In this document: positions 1 to 10,539 of the stretch, in pieces | Position numbering within the stretch: position 1 is the first letter of the stretch | Layout: every line of letters begins with the position of its first letter | Source of the DNA: Malacoraja senta | Taxonomy: Eukaryota | Direction: 5' to 3' | NCBI GenBank assembly: GCA_038087875.1 | Contig: JAXLNO010000656.1 | Location: 1-64,000, forward strand | Length of the DNA stretch: 64,000 nucleotides | The notes under the pieces: generated by a model | Seen by the model: only the letters and a program-made list of their open reading frames with translations | The model's database searches: none | Told to the model about the DNA's origin: nothing | Program-made: the position numbers and the translations under genes

Positions 1-624
1 GCACTCCAAAGGCACACAGGTTTGTATAAATTGTCCCTAGCGTATGTGGGATAGTGTGCGGGGAATCGCTGGTCGCAGGCTGGGTCCACAAATGGGGGGG
101 CGTTGGGGAAAGTGGAAGTGGGGTGGGTTGGAGAATCGGAGAAGGGAGGGAGAGGGGGAGAAGGGGTTGTGAGGGGAGGGGGTAGTTGATAAGGGGGAAA
201 AGAGTGGAGCAGGTAGAAGGGAGGAAGAGGAGGGGAAGAAGGAGGGGAGGGGAGAAGGGTAGGGGGGAGTGGAGAAGGAGGGATGGGGCAGGAGGGGGTA
301 GAGGGGAGAGGGGAGTTCAGTCTACACTCACGGAATCCATCCCCGGTGATCGGATCTGAAAGCAGACCAATACATCTATAAATGAAACGGAACGACTCAG
401 ACATCTTTTCATTTGCACAATAGATTTTCTTGTATTAAATTTAATATATTAGTGTTTAAAATCCATGCATTGAAGGAAGAATATTTTACAGCCTCAACCC
501 TAACTGGGCGTCACCCGCATGACAGCATACGTCAGCGTGTATGTCGTGCAACTTGACGGTTTTACGGGCGTCAGTCACTGACGCTCCGCAGTCGCCCAAA
601 TGTCGCCCAAGTGGGACAGGCCCT
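1..624. mobile_element. Right part of a PIF/Harbinger-type non-autonomous element (left end outside the window or lost); includes a V-SINE-like fragment (1-70) and a G-rich tract (~90-315)
   Basis: Ends in CCCAAGTGGGACAGGCCCT followed by TAA (625-627), the same terminal repeat and TAA target as the intact element at 2597-3212. The left boundary is not seen. Confidence 0.55.
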
Positions 625-689
625 TAAGGGGCATAATCCAAGAGTGGTGTTTTGGAAGCGAGGGAAAAATTTACTTTGGTGAAAGCTCT

Positions 690-1115
690 GCCACTTCCTT
701 GGAAGTGGCATCACAGGTGGTCAAAACGGCTTTCAGGACTTTGGCCTTCACCAGTATTTAGTATAGAAGTTGGGGGGGGGGGGGTGGTAATGTTGCAGTT
801 ATATAAAATGTTGGTGAGGCCACATTTAGAGTATTGTGTTCAATTTTGGGTACCATGTTATAGGAAAGATGTTGTCAAGCTGGAAAGGGTGCAGAGAAGA
901 TTTACGAGGATGTTGCCAGGACTCAAGGGCCTTGAGCAGGCTAGGACTCTATTCCTTGGAGTGCAGGAGGATGAGGACACTCTTATAGAAGTGTACATCT
1001 GGGATGTTGCCCAGAGGAGGGGATTTGAGAACTAGAGGACATAGATTTAAGGTGAGAGGGGAACATTTAATATAAACCTTTTTATACAAGGTAACCTTTT
1101 TACACAAAGGGTGTT
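690..1115 (+). mobile_element. Degenerate CR1 LINE 3' fragment
   Basis: ORF 652-1035 contains LQLYKMLVRPHLEYCVQFW.PCYRKDVVKLERVQRRFTRMLPGL, the typical CR1 ORF2 C-terminal motif. Confidence 0.85.
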
Positions 1116-1464
1116 CTATCTGTAAAATAGTTTTGTATATAAAGCTATCTAAATGGTAATAAAACATTGCCAAGGGAATCTTTACAATATATTGTTAGAT
1201 TTGGAAATATCGCACTCTTTGTAGTCTAGTATTGAGTTTAAAAATTGAAAGCTTGGTGAATGATCTAAATGTATTTCAGGAAGATAATCAAATCTAAATG
1301 GGATACATAAGCAACTTTTTGGAGACGAGCCACAGCAGTAATCCTTTTTTAACAGTCTAAAAATGAGTGTATATTTTTATGCATGGCTAGTTGGTTTTTG
1401 AAACATTAAGCAATGTGGCACTGTTTGAATTGTATAAAGTGGAACATAATGTTGAAAGATTAGG

Positions 1465-1563
1465 GGGACAGAGGCATAAAGCTGGAGTAACTCAGCGGGA
1501 CAGACAGCATCTCTGGAGAGATGGATTAGGCGACGTTTCGGGTCGAGACCTTTCTTCAAACTG
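1465..1563 (-). mobile_element. Penelope-like terminal-repeat (pLTR) fragment with degenerate hammerhead-like core
   Basis: The minus strand reads TTTGAAGAAAGGTCTCGACCCGAAACGTC...CAGAGATGCTG...CCCGCTGAGTTACTCCAGC, the same unit found 3' of the GIY-YIG fragment at 35960-36641. Confidence 0.7.
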
Positions 1564-2339
1564 GGGGGGGAGGGGTGGGAGGGGGTCTGCTGTAAAGTTA
1601 AGAAGTTGAAAGTGCAGTGCGTCTGAGCTTCGCCTGCAGAGAGCATCCATGAGAATGAGGGTCCTGGAATAATCGGCTCCATAAGAGGTCATTGTGTGCC
1701 GTCAATGGAAAGGCGACAATGATCTAATGTGCTCTTGGTGGCTAACTGTCTTGGGCAAACTGGTAACTTTTGTTTGGGCTTTGAATACTATAACATATCA
1801 ATGCTTTGTAGGGTAGAGCTTAGGGGAGGACCAATATGCTCTGAACCATGTAATGGGAAGTGTTTGGTATGTCAGTTTCAGTGTTCAGTCAGTAAATGTG
1901 CCTGTACAAGCTACACATTAGCCCAAATGGTACCAACGTGTTCAACCAGCAATTATTACTGGAGGTCACACATTGGCTGAACTTTCCTCACCTGGATGTG
2001 GATTGACCTGCTTTGTTGCTGAACATCTTAGAAGCCCTGAGCAATACAAGGCCTCTAATCATGCACTGGAAAAATCCTTCCTGTCTCTGATATATTATAA
2101 AATCAGAGTCAGCTTTGCCGGCTGCCAAAGCTGATATCTGGGATCATGTAGACTATTAAAAATAATACTGGGCCTGTACTCGCTGGAGTTTAGAAGGATG
2201 AGGGGGGACCTCATTGAAACTTACCAAATAGTGAATGGCCTGGATAGAGTGAATGTGAAGAAGAAGTTTCCACTAGTGGGAGAGTCTAGGACCAGAGGCC
2301 ATACCCTCAGAATAAAATGAAATACCTTTAGAAAGGAGA

Positions 2340-2459
2340 GACACAGCGGGTGAGGCAGCAACTATGGAGCGAAGGAAATAGGGGATGTTTCAGGTCGAGA
2401 CCCTTCTTCAGACCTTTTTGTCTACCTTTGATTTTCCAGCATCTGCAGTTCCTTCTTAA
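2340..2459. mobile_element. Short Penelope pLTR-derived insertion with internal inversion and 16-bp TSD
   Basis: Flanked by ACCTTTAGAAAGGAGA at 2324-2339 and 2460-2475. The first ~70 nt are the inverted hammerhead half; the rest is the direct pLTR 3' half. Confidence 0.75.
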
Positions 2460-2596
2460 ACCTTTAGAAAGGAGATCAGGAGGAATTTCTTTAGTCAGTG
2501 GGTTGTGAATCTGTGGAATTCATTGCTATAGAAGGCTGTGGAGGCCACGTCAATCGATATTTTTAAGGAGAAGATTGGCAGATTCTTGATTAGTAA

Positions 2597-3212
2597 AGGG
2601 CCTGTCCCACTTGGCCGTCATTCGCGCGGCATTTACGTGACTGCTAGCGTGTGGGTAGTGCGGGATGGGCGCATGGAGTGGTTTGGAGGAGTGTGGAGTG
2701 GCGTGGAGGAGTGTGGACTTCGTCCTGCACTAAATCTTCGCTCGCCACCGGCCTGTCGCGTAACTGACGGCCAAAGTGGGACAGATCCAAGACCCTGGCA
2801 CGGCGCAACGTCTCACCTCCAACAGCAGCAGAAGGAGGCAAACGATCGCCGAGCTCAGCCTGGGGCTCATGGCCGTTGCGGATCCGGATCCGCCCCCATC
2901 ACTACTCCCAGAGCGGGGCCAAGACGATTGGAGATAGACAGAAAATGCAGGAGTATCTCAACGGGACCGGCAGCATCTCTGGAGAGAAGCAATGGGTGAC
3001 ATTTCAGGTCGAGACCCTTCTTCAGACTGAAGAAGAGTCTCGACCCGAAACATCGTCCATTCCTTCTCTCCAGAGATGCTTCCGGTCCCGTTGAGTTACT
3101 CCTGCATTTTCTGTCTATCTTCAAAGGATGTCACGCGCTCCAGACGACTGTGCGGACACATGATGACGCCCGCGACCGTCGCGTAAATGACGGCCCAAGT
3201 GGGACAGGCCCT
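2597..3212. mobile_element. PIF/Harbinger-type MITE
   Basis: TIRs AGGGCCTGTCCCACTTGG / CCAAGTGGGACAGGCCCT with a TAA target duplication (2594-2596, 3213-3215). The host CR1 is restored on removal. Confidence 0.88.
2932..3120. repeat. ~94-bp-arm palindrome made of two inverted Penelope pLTR units, with the axis at the hammerhead-like core
   Basis: AGATAGACAGAAAATGCAGGAGT...TTCTTCAG-A-CTGAAGAA...ACTCCTGCATTTTCTGTCTATCT; centre at 3026. Confidence 0.85.
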
Positions 3213-3749
3213 TAAGGGTGTCAGGGGTTATGTGGAGAAGGCACGAGAATGTGATTGAGAGGGAACGTTAAATCAGCCATGATTGAATAGTGGAGGAGAC
3301 TTGATGGGTCGACTGGCCTGATTCTGCTGCTGTAACTTATGCATTTATGAAATGAAAATTTGAATTATTTTTGCTTCAAAATGTTGGAAGCACGGTAAAC
3401 TAGTGAGGTGGGCACTTGACTAGCAGAAGAACCAAATGAGACACTAGGGAAATGCTGTGACTTGTTAAAGCTAGAATGTATTGCCATGGATTATATTGGA
3501 GGCAGATTCAATCACGAATACCAAGAAAGAAAAACTGGACAAGTGTTTATACGAAAAAATAATTACAGTCAGGAATAGTGGGGCAGTCGGATCAGCTGGA
3601 TTGCTCTTGCACAAATCTAGCATATATTCAATGGGACCAATGGTTTCCAGTGCGGTACCTACTACAATCCACAGAAATAATCAGCAAAAATTTGTGAAGA
3701 ATCTTTTAAATTATTTAAATCATTAATTTGCAATATTGCATGCAGATAT

Positions 3750-4699
3750 GATCCCCCATTATTGGAACGATGTGGAGGCTTTGGAAAGGGTGCTGAGGAG
3801 GCTTACCGGAATGATGGCTGGATTACGGGGTATTGGCTGCAGGGAGAGGTTGGACAGACTTTGATTGTTTTTTCCAGAAAGCCGATGGTTGCGGTGAGTC
3901 TGATAGAAGTATATAAAATTATGAGAGGCAGAAATAGGGAAGATGGACCGAATCTATTTCCCAGGATGGAATAATCAGATACTGGAGGGCATAGCTTTAA
4001 TGTGAGAGGGGAAAAGTTTACACAGAGGATAGTGAGTGCCTGGAATGCACTGGAATACTCTGGAATGGTGGTTGAAGCAGATACGTTAGATGTATTTAAA
4101 ATACATTTGGATAAGCAAATGGATATGCTGGGAATTTGAGGAAGGACATTCCTCAAGGACATTCCGCAAGGGAATTTGAGGAAGGAAATTCTTGCTATTG
4201 AGGGAGTGTCAGATGCTGAGAGAATGGAGCGGCTGGGCTTGTATACTCTGGAATTTAGAAGGATGAGAGGAGATCTTATTGAAACATATAAGGGTTTGGG
4301 CACGCTACAGGCAGGAAACATGTTCCCGATGTTGGGGGAGTCCAAAACCAGGGGCCACAGTTTAAGAATAAGGGGTAAGCCATTGAGAACGGAGATGAGG
4401 AAACAATTTTTCACACAGAGAATTGTGAGTCAGTGGAATTCTCTGCCTCAGAGGGCGGTGGAGGCCGGTTCTCTGAATATTTTCAAGAGAGAGCTAGATA
4501 GGGCTCTTAAAGATAGCGGGGTCAGGGGATATGGGGAGAAGGCAGGAACGGGGTACTGCCATGATCACATTGAATGGCGGTGCTGGCTCGAAGGGCCGAA
4601 TGGCCTACTCCTGCACCTTTTGTCTCTCTATTGAATGGAGGGATATGGAGATATGGATCATGTGCAGGTAGATAAGTGATGATCTTTTCATCATGTTCA
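3750..4699 (+). mobile_element. Two nested or adjacent CR1 3' fragments; the tail continues at 5619-5675
   Basis: ORF 4176-4634 contains RLGLYTLEFRRMRGDLIETYK...KTRGHSLRIRGKP.RTEMRK.FFTQR. Confidence 0.85.
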
Positions 4700-5618
4700 C
4701 AGGGCTGCCAACATTGGGTGAGAGTTGGGCGTGAGAAATTGCGAGAGACCAAGCCCGAGGGAGCGTAGCGACCGGGGTGGGGGGGGGGGGGAGGGTGTGG
4801 GAGGGGGAATCATTCAATATGATCATGGCTGTTCATCTAAAATCAGTACCTCTTTCCTGTTTTTTCCCCATATCCCTTGATTCCGCTAGCCCCAAGAGCT
4901 AAATGTAACTCTCTCTTGAAAACACCCAGTGAATTGGCCTCCACTGCCTTCTGTGGCAGAGAATTCCACAGATTCACAACTTTCTGGGTGAAGAAAGTTT
5001 GTCCTCATCTCAGTCCTAAATGGCCTCCCCCTTATTCTTAAACTGTGACCCCTGGTTCTGAACTTCTCCAACATCGGGAACATTTTTCCTGCAGTTACAG
5101 TAAGTGAAAATCTAGCAGGCAAGCAGGATGCTTTCTCCAACCACCCCCATTTGAAGGCCACTATCTTCCACCGCTTCTACCCAGTGCTTGGTACCTACTT
5201 CCAGCAGCCACTGGTTGTTCTCCAGATGCACCGAGCCACAGCCTGGTCCATGCCAGTCACCAGGGCGAATTTGGCACAGACACTCTCACGGCAGCGACGC
5301 AACGCTTCTGACGAACGCCCGGGACTCTTGCACTGAGGCTGCTCCATGGCCGGAGCTACAGCGAGCGACTCGCCAGCCCCGCAAACACTCACCAGCCCCG
5401 GCTCCCCGTCCGCATCTGCCCCCGCCGCTCCATCCCTCCCTCTGCCCCGGCTCTCCAACACCCATGCGGCCCATGCAGTTGATATTAGTTTTGAAATTCT
5501 CGTTGATCACAGAATTTCTCACGGTAGAGCGTGAGAAATTCTGTGATCAGCATGAGTGTGTGAGAATTTGGTGACATGCATGATTCTCACGCTCAATGTG
5601 TGAAAGTTGGCAGCTCTG
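4700..5618. mobile_element. Non-autonomous TIR DNA transposon with 6-bp TSD (possibly hAT-related), carrying an internal minus-strand CR1 piece (~4810-5093)
   Basis: TIRs CAGGGCTGCCAAC / GTTGGCAGCTCTG; TSD TGTTCA (4694-4699, 5619-5624); subterminal GTGAGAAATT-like repeats at both ends. Confidence 0.78.
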
Positions 5619-6054
5619 TGTTCAGCACAGACCTTGTGGGCCAAAGGGCCTGTTCTTTTGCTGTACTGATCTATGTTCTTCGTATTAAGCCAACAACAAC
5701 AAAAAAAGCAAAAGGGCCTTTCTCTATCACCTACAGCTGCTAATCTCATTGAAATCCATTACGTCATGAATCCTGAACCAAGTCTAGTCTGGCACATGAT
5801 CTGAGAGCAGATTTTCTTCCAAGTAAACACTGAGCAAGCATGTTAAGAATGAGCTATGCAGCTTTAATCCTTGGAGAGTTCCATTATTTGGAAAGCTGAT
5901 ATTTGCTGGGGAAATCTGGGCCAATGGCATAGTTTTACGTTAAAAATATTAGCTGTTTACACATTTTTTGCTCCAGACATTTCAATACATTTTGCTGTAG
6001 CCTGGTTAAATCTATACATATGCACATATCTCAGGCTAACCTCATTAAGATATT

Positions 6055-6270
6055 GGAACAAGGAACTGCAGAAGTTGGTTTAAAACCCCCCCACAAACTA
6101 CTGGAACAACTCCGCAGGTCAGGCAGCATCTGTGGAGAACATGGATAGGTGACGTTTTGGGACGGAGCCTTCGTCAGACTGAAGAAGTGTCCCCATCTGA
6201 AATGTCACTTATCCAAGTTCTCCAGAGATGCTCTCTGACCCGCTGCGTTACTCCAGCACTTTGTTTCTCA
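6055..6270. mobile_element. Older degenerate inverted Penelope pLTR pair
   Basis: GGCAGCATCTGTGGAGAAC...GTCAGACTGAAGAA...GTTCTCCAGAGATGC; the axis again lies at CAGACTG. Confidence 0.65.
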
Positions 6271-6499
6271 TTAAGATACAATACTTGGTTTTGTGGCCAT
6301 AATCTGCAACTTGATATGTTTCCAGGAGTATCATGTTAGTCATTGTTGGGTAGAGAAAACAAAGATTTTAATTTTTATGTTCCTTAAATATGCAGACAGA
6401 AATGTAATGTCTTCAACAGGCGCTAACAGGCTGCACTGAGTGCAGTTTTAATTGCAAGCTGAGTAGCGGAGATGTGGGATATTCTCAGTATTTAAAGAA

Positions 6500-7335
6500 T
6501 CCCTGGAGTGCAGGAGGATGAGGGGTGATATTATAGAGGTATATGTAATCATGAGAGGAATAGATTGGGTAAACGCACAGAGTCTCTTGCCCAGAGTGGG
6601 GGAGTTGAAAACCAGAGCGCATAGGTTTAAGGTGAAGAGGGAAATATTTTATAGGAATCTGAGAGGTAACATTTTCATGAAAAGGGTGGCAGGTGTATGA
6701 AATGGGCTGCCGGAGGAGGAAGTTGAGGCAGGGACTATCACAACGTTTAATAAGCAATTAGACAGGTACATGGATAGATACATAGATACATAGAAATTAG
6801 GTGCAGGAGTAGGCCATTCGGCCCTTCGAGCCTGCACCGCCATTCAATACGATCATGGCTGATCATCCAACTCAGTATCCCGTACCTGCCTTCTCTCCAT
6901 ACCCCCTGATCCCTTTAGCCACAAGGGCCACATCTAATTCCCTCTTAAATATAGCCAATGAACTGGCCTCAACTACCCTCTGTGGCAGAGAGTTCCAGAG
7001 ATTCACCACTCTCTGTGTGAAAAAGTTTTTCCTCATCTCGGTCTTAAAGGATTTTCCCCTTATCCTTAAGCTGTGACCCCTTGTCCTGGACTTCCCCAAC
7101 ATCGGGAACAATCTTCCTGCATCTAGCCTGTCCAACCCCATAAGAATCTTGTACGTTTCTATAAGATCCCCTCTCAATCTCCTAAATTCTAGCGAGTATA
7201 AGGATAAGCCAAGGATAGGTTTAGAGGGGTATGGCCCAAACACAGGCAGGTAGGTAGGTCTAGTGTAGATGGGACATGTTGGCCGGAATGGGCAAGTTGG
7301 GCCGAAGGGCCTGTTTCCGCACTCTATGACTATGA
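6500..7335 (+). mobile_element. CR1 3' end (+) interrupted by a younger minus-strand CR1
   Basis: ORF 6518-6700 MRGDIIEVY...TRAHRFKVK. The CR1 tail GGGCCGAAGGGCCTGTTTCC...CTATGACTATG resumes after ~7212. Confidence 0.8.
6775..7205 (-). mobile_element. Young 5'-truncated CR1 with (TATCTATG)n tail
   Basis: ORF 6872-7243(-) LEFRRLRGDLIETYKIL...FFTQRVVNLWNSLP. Nearly identical to the + strand copy at 19964-20256. Confidence 0.88.
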
Positions 7336-7823
7336 AAAGCTCGTTAAAATTGCTCAGATTTTGGTATTGCTGAGGTCTATACTGTAAGTCAGGGAATTAT
7401 TTAGTAATTGCTCTACCTCTGGTTGCCTAATTATTATACTTGGTTTTTGATAAATAAGAATCTTTATGTGTCTCTTAAGGTTTTGCTTGCTCCATGTTTA
7501 AAAGGTCGGTATTAATCCATGTAAAATAATTGATAATTTAATTCGCATCACAAGGAGATTCCATTATCAAATCCCTTGGTTTAGCTTGGTTAACCTGAAG
7601 TTATCTAAAACTCTGCTCTCTCAATCTCTGCACTGACATCAAATTCCAATCATTCTTATGTGCTCTTAGGCCACATATATTGTTTGACAGGTTCCACTGA
7701 AATGCCCTGAGATATTTTGCTTCTAAGAGGTGCTATATAAAAATAATATTACAATTGTCTTATTGGGATTTGGGGAAATGAACAGTGAAAATACAAATAA
7801 TTTCTATACATTTTCTTTGCAAG

Positions 7824-7974
7824 GTGGCCTCGGGTTTGCTCACACACTGTTCTTCTATCTGAAGTATTTGCTGCTCTATGGCATTCCATCGATTATCATG
7901 TGTTTGGATGGTGTTGAACCACCAAGATTGCCAAGGTGCACCAGCAGCTTGTACAGTTTTACAGGGACGTGGAG
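7824..7974 (+). CDS. HHAT: Hedgehog acyltransferase internal coding exon (151 nt, phase 1 to 2): (G)GLGFAHTLFFYLKYLLLYGIPSIIMCLDGVEPPRLPRCTSSLYSFTGTW(R)
   Basis: Polypyrimidine acceptor TTTTCTTTGCAAG| and donor AG|GTAAGT. The peptide aligns without gaps to human HHAT as recalled (GGLALAQVLFFYVKYLVLFGVPALLMRLDGLTPPALPRCVSTMFSFTGMWR) and less well to HHATL. Confidence 0.93.
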
Positions 7975-8029
7975 GTAAGTTGTAGTTTTGTTTTGTTGAA
8001 ATGAAGGTTGAAAATAAAGTGTTATAATG

Positions 8030-8567
8030 TCATAAGATCATGTTATAGGAGCAGAATTAGGCCATTTGGCCCATCAAGTGTACTCTGCCATTCAATCATG
8101 GCTGATCTATCTCTCCCTCCTAACCCTATTCTCCTGCCTTCTCCCCATAACCCCTGACACCCGTACAAATTGAGAATCTATCTATCTCTGCCTTTAAAAT
8201 ACCCATTGACTTGGCCTCCACAGCCTTCTGTGGCAAAGAATTCCACAGATTCACTACCCTCTGACTACAGAAATTCCTCTTCATCTCCTTCCTAAAGGAA
8301 CGTTCTTTACTTCTGAGGCTATGACCTCTAGTCCTAGACTCTCCTACTAGTGGAAACATCCTCTTCACACCCACTCTACCCAAGCCTTTCATTAGTTGGT
8401 ACGTTTCAATGAGGTCCCCCCTCATTCTTCTAAACACCAGCGAGTACAGGCCCAGTGCTGTAAAATACTCATCATAATTTAACCCACTTATTCCTGGGAT
8501 CATTCTTGTAAACCTCCTCTGGACCCTCTCCAGAGTCAGCACATCCTTCCTCAGATATGGTGCTTAA
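8030..8567 (-). mobile_element. CR1 3' fragment
   Basis: ORF 8126-8542(-) LERVQRRFTRMIPG...RRMRGDLIETY...TRGHSLR. Confidence 0.88.
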
Positions 8568-9738
8568 TGGGCCTGTCCCAAAAGGCCCTGTCCCACTTTC
8601 CCGAGTTACTCACGAACTCTCCCGAGTTTTCCCCTCGATTCGAACTCGGGGAATGTCGGTAGCGAGCTTGTAGGAGTCCGTAGATGTTTCGTAGCGGCTC
8701 GTAATGCCAGCCGTAGGAACTCGGGGCATCAGGTAAGTCGGGACGTTTTTTCAACATGTTGAAAAATGTCCACGAGTTTAAAAAATTGCCCCGAGTACCT
8801 ACGAATGGTTATTACCGTAATTCTCCGAGTTTGAATCAAGGGGAAAACTCGGGAGAGTTCGTGAGTAACTCAGGAAAGTGGGACAGGCCCTTTAGGCGAT
8901 TTTATGGGCGACTACAGGCAACATGTTGAAAATTTTTCGGCGACAGTGACGACAATTCTTACTGTCGTAGGTTGTCGCCGTGTTTCATAGGTGAATTCTA
9001 TTAAAATTGGTCCCTGGCAGTCGCCTAAAGAGTCGCCTAAATGGGACAGGCCCATAAAATTGTTATTCTCAAACAGACAGTTGTCTCATTAACTTTATTG
9101 CCCGTAACATTTGGCTGCATCTTGCTAAATGGAAAGTACCGTGGAATGTCATTAGATGTATCTGAAGATTAGTCTAATGTTCCAGATGGCATAAACATTG
9201 ACTTTGAGCGAGATAAGAAAATATTAGGGACATTCCTAAAAACAATAGGTAAAGAGGATTTAAGGAGTGAAAATTAAGAAAAGGTTAAAGAGCCAGACAT
9301 TGGGAAGGAATTCCATAATTTAGTGATTTGGCAGCAAAGGCATGATTAGTGATGGTGAAGCAATTAAATGATGGGTTTTTGAAGAGGAATTGAGTGAGTG
9401 CCGATGTCAATACATTTCATAGAGTTGGAGCAGATTCTAGAAGTTGGGATGGATGAAATCATGGAAGAATTTGAAAATAAGCTTGAAATTTTAAAAATCC
9501 AAGGAAAGGAAATGAATCAAAAGTTTTGAACCGGGAGCCATAAGGTGGGCAAGAACATATTAGACAAGCAATGATATGATCTTGTATTTTTGATAGAGAA
9601 TAGGTATAACATTGAATAGCATTCCTACTCCCTTCTGTGCCTAAATAATTAACATAATAGCAAAATGTAAGTATTAGAATGGGGTGATAATTGGAGAGAG
9701 TGAATAGAGGGATTAGAGCATTGGTGCTCACAGAATGT
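8474..9738 (+). repeat. Tandem duplication, copy A (insertion-free)
   Basis: Matches 9742-10539 + 11978-12063 + 16814-17204 with roughly 13 substitutions and one 10-bp indel (counted by eye). A 3-nt filler TAG lies at 9739-9741. Confidence 0.95.
8568..9054. mobile_element. Harbinger-type MITE with a second MITE (8583-8891) inserted in its left TIR
   Basis: Outer: TGGGCCTGTCCCA...TGGGACAGGCCCA with TAA TSD. Inner: AGGCCCTGTCCCACTTTCC...GGAAAGTGGGACAGGCCCT followed by TTA. Confidence 0.85.
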
Positions 9739-9835
9739 TAGATAATTTAACCCACTTATTCCTGGGATCATTCTTGTAAACCTCCTCTGGACCCTCTCCA
9801 GAGTCATCACATCCTTCCTCAGATATGGTGCTTAA

Positions 9836-10332
9836 TGGGCCTGTCCCAAAAGGCCCTGTCCCACTTTCCCGAGTTACTCACGAACTCTCCCGAGTTTTCC
9901 CCTTGATTCGAACTCGGGGAATGTCGGGGAATGTCAGTAGCGAGCTCGTAGGAGTCCGTAGATGTTTCGTAGCGGCTCGTAATGCCAGCCGTAGGAACTC
10001 GGGGCATCAGGTAAGTCGGGACGTTTTTTCAACATGTTGAAAAATGTCCACGAGTTAAAAAAATTGCCCCGAGTACCTACGAATGGTTATTACCGTAATT
10101 CTCCGAGTTTGAATCAAGGGGAAAACTCGGGAGAGTTCGTGAGTAACTCAGGAAAGTGGGACAGGGCCTTTAGGCGATTTTATGGGCGACTACAGGCAAC
10201 ATGTTGAAAAATTTTCGCCGACAGTGACGACAATTCTTACTGTCGTAGGTTGTCGCCGTGTTTCATAGGTGAATTCTATTAAAATTGGTCCCTAGCAGTC
10301 GCCTAAAGAGTCGCCTAAATGGGACAGGCCCA
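9836..10332. mobile_element. Duplicated copy of the nested Harbinger MITE pair (inner element 9851-10169)
   Basis: Same TIRs and TAA flanks as 8568-9054. Confidence 0.85.
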
Positions 10333-10539
10333 TAAAATTGTTATTCTCAAACAGACAGTTGTCTCATTAACTTTATTGCCCGTAACATTTGGCTGCATCT
10401 TGCTAAATGGAAAGTATCGTGGAATGTCATTAGATGTATCTGAAGATTAGTCTAATGTTCCAGATGGCATAAACATTGACTTTGAGCGAGATAAGAAAAT
10501 ATTAGGGACATTCCTAAAAACAATAGGTAAAGAGGATTT

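Larger units (their letters stand above)
2167..3345 (+). mobile_element. CR1 3' fragment interrupted by a Penelope pLTR insertion and a Harbinger-type MITE
   Basis: CTGGGCCTGTACTCGCTGGAGTTTAGAAGGATGAG... is CR1 sequence. It resumes seamlessly after the inserts at 2340-2459 and 2597-3212. Confidence 0.85.

Noticed and set aside
7730..7823. N-terminal part of ORF 7730-7978 as coding sequence
   Set aside because: HHAT similarity begins only after the splice acceptor at 7822-7823; the upstream part is intron read-through.
8583..8891. CRISPR-like or regulatory repeat array (CCGAGT / CTCGGG / CGTAG repeats)
   Set aside because: The repeats are irregular subterminal motifs inside a TIR element; there is no constant repeat-spacer period and no cas genes.
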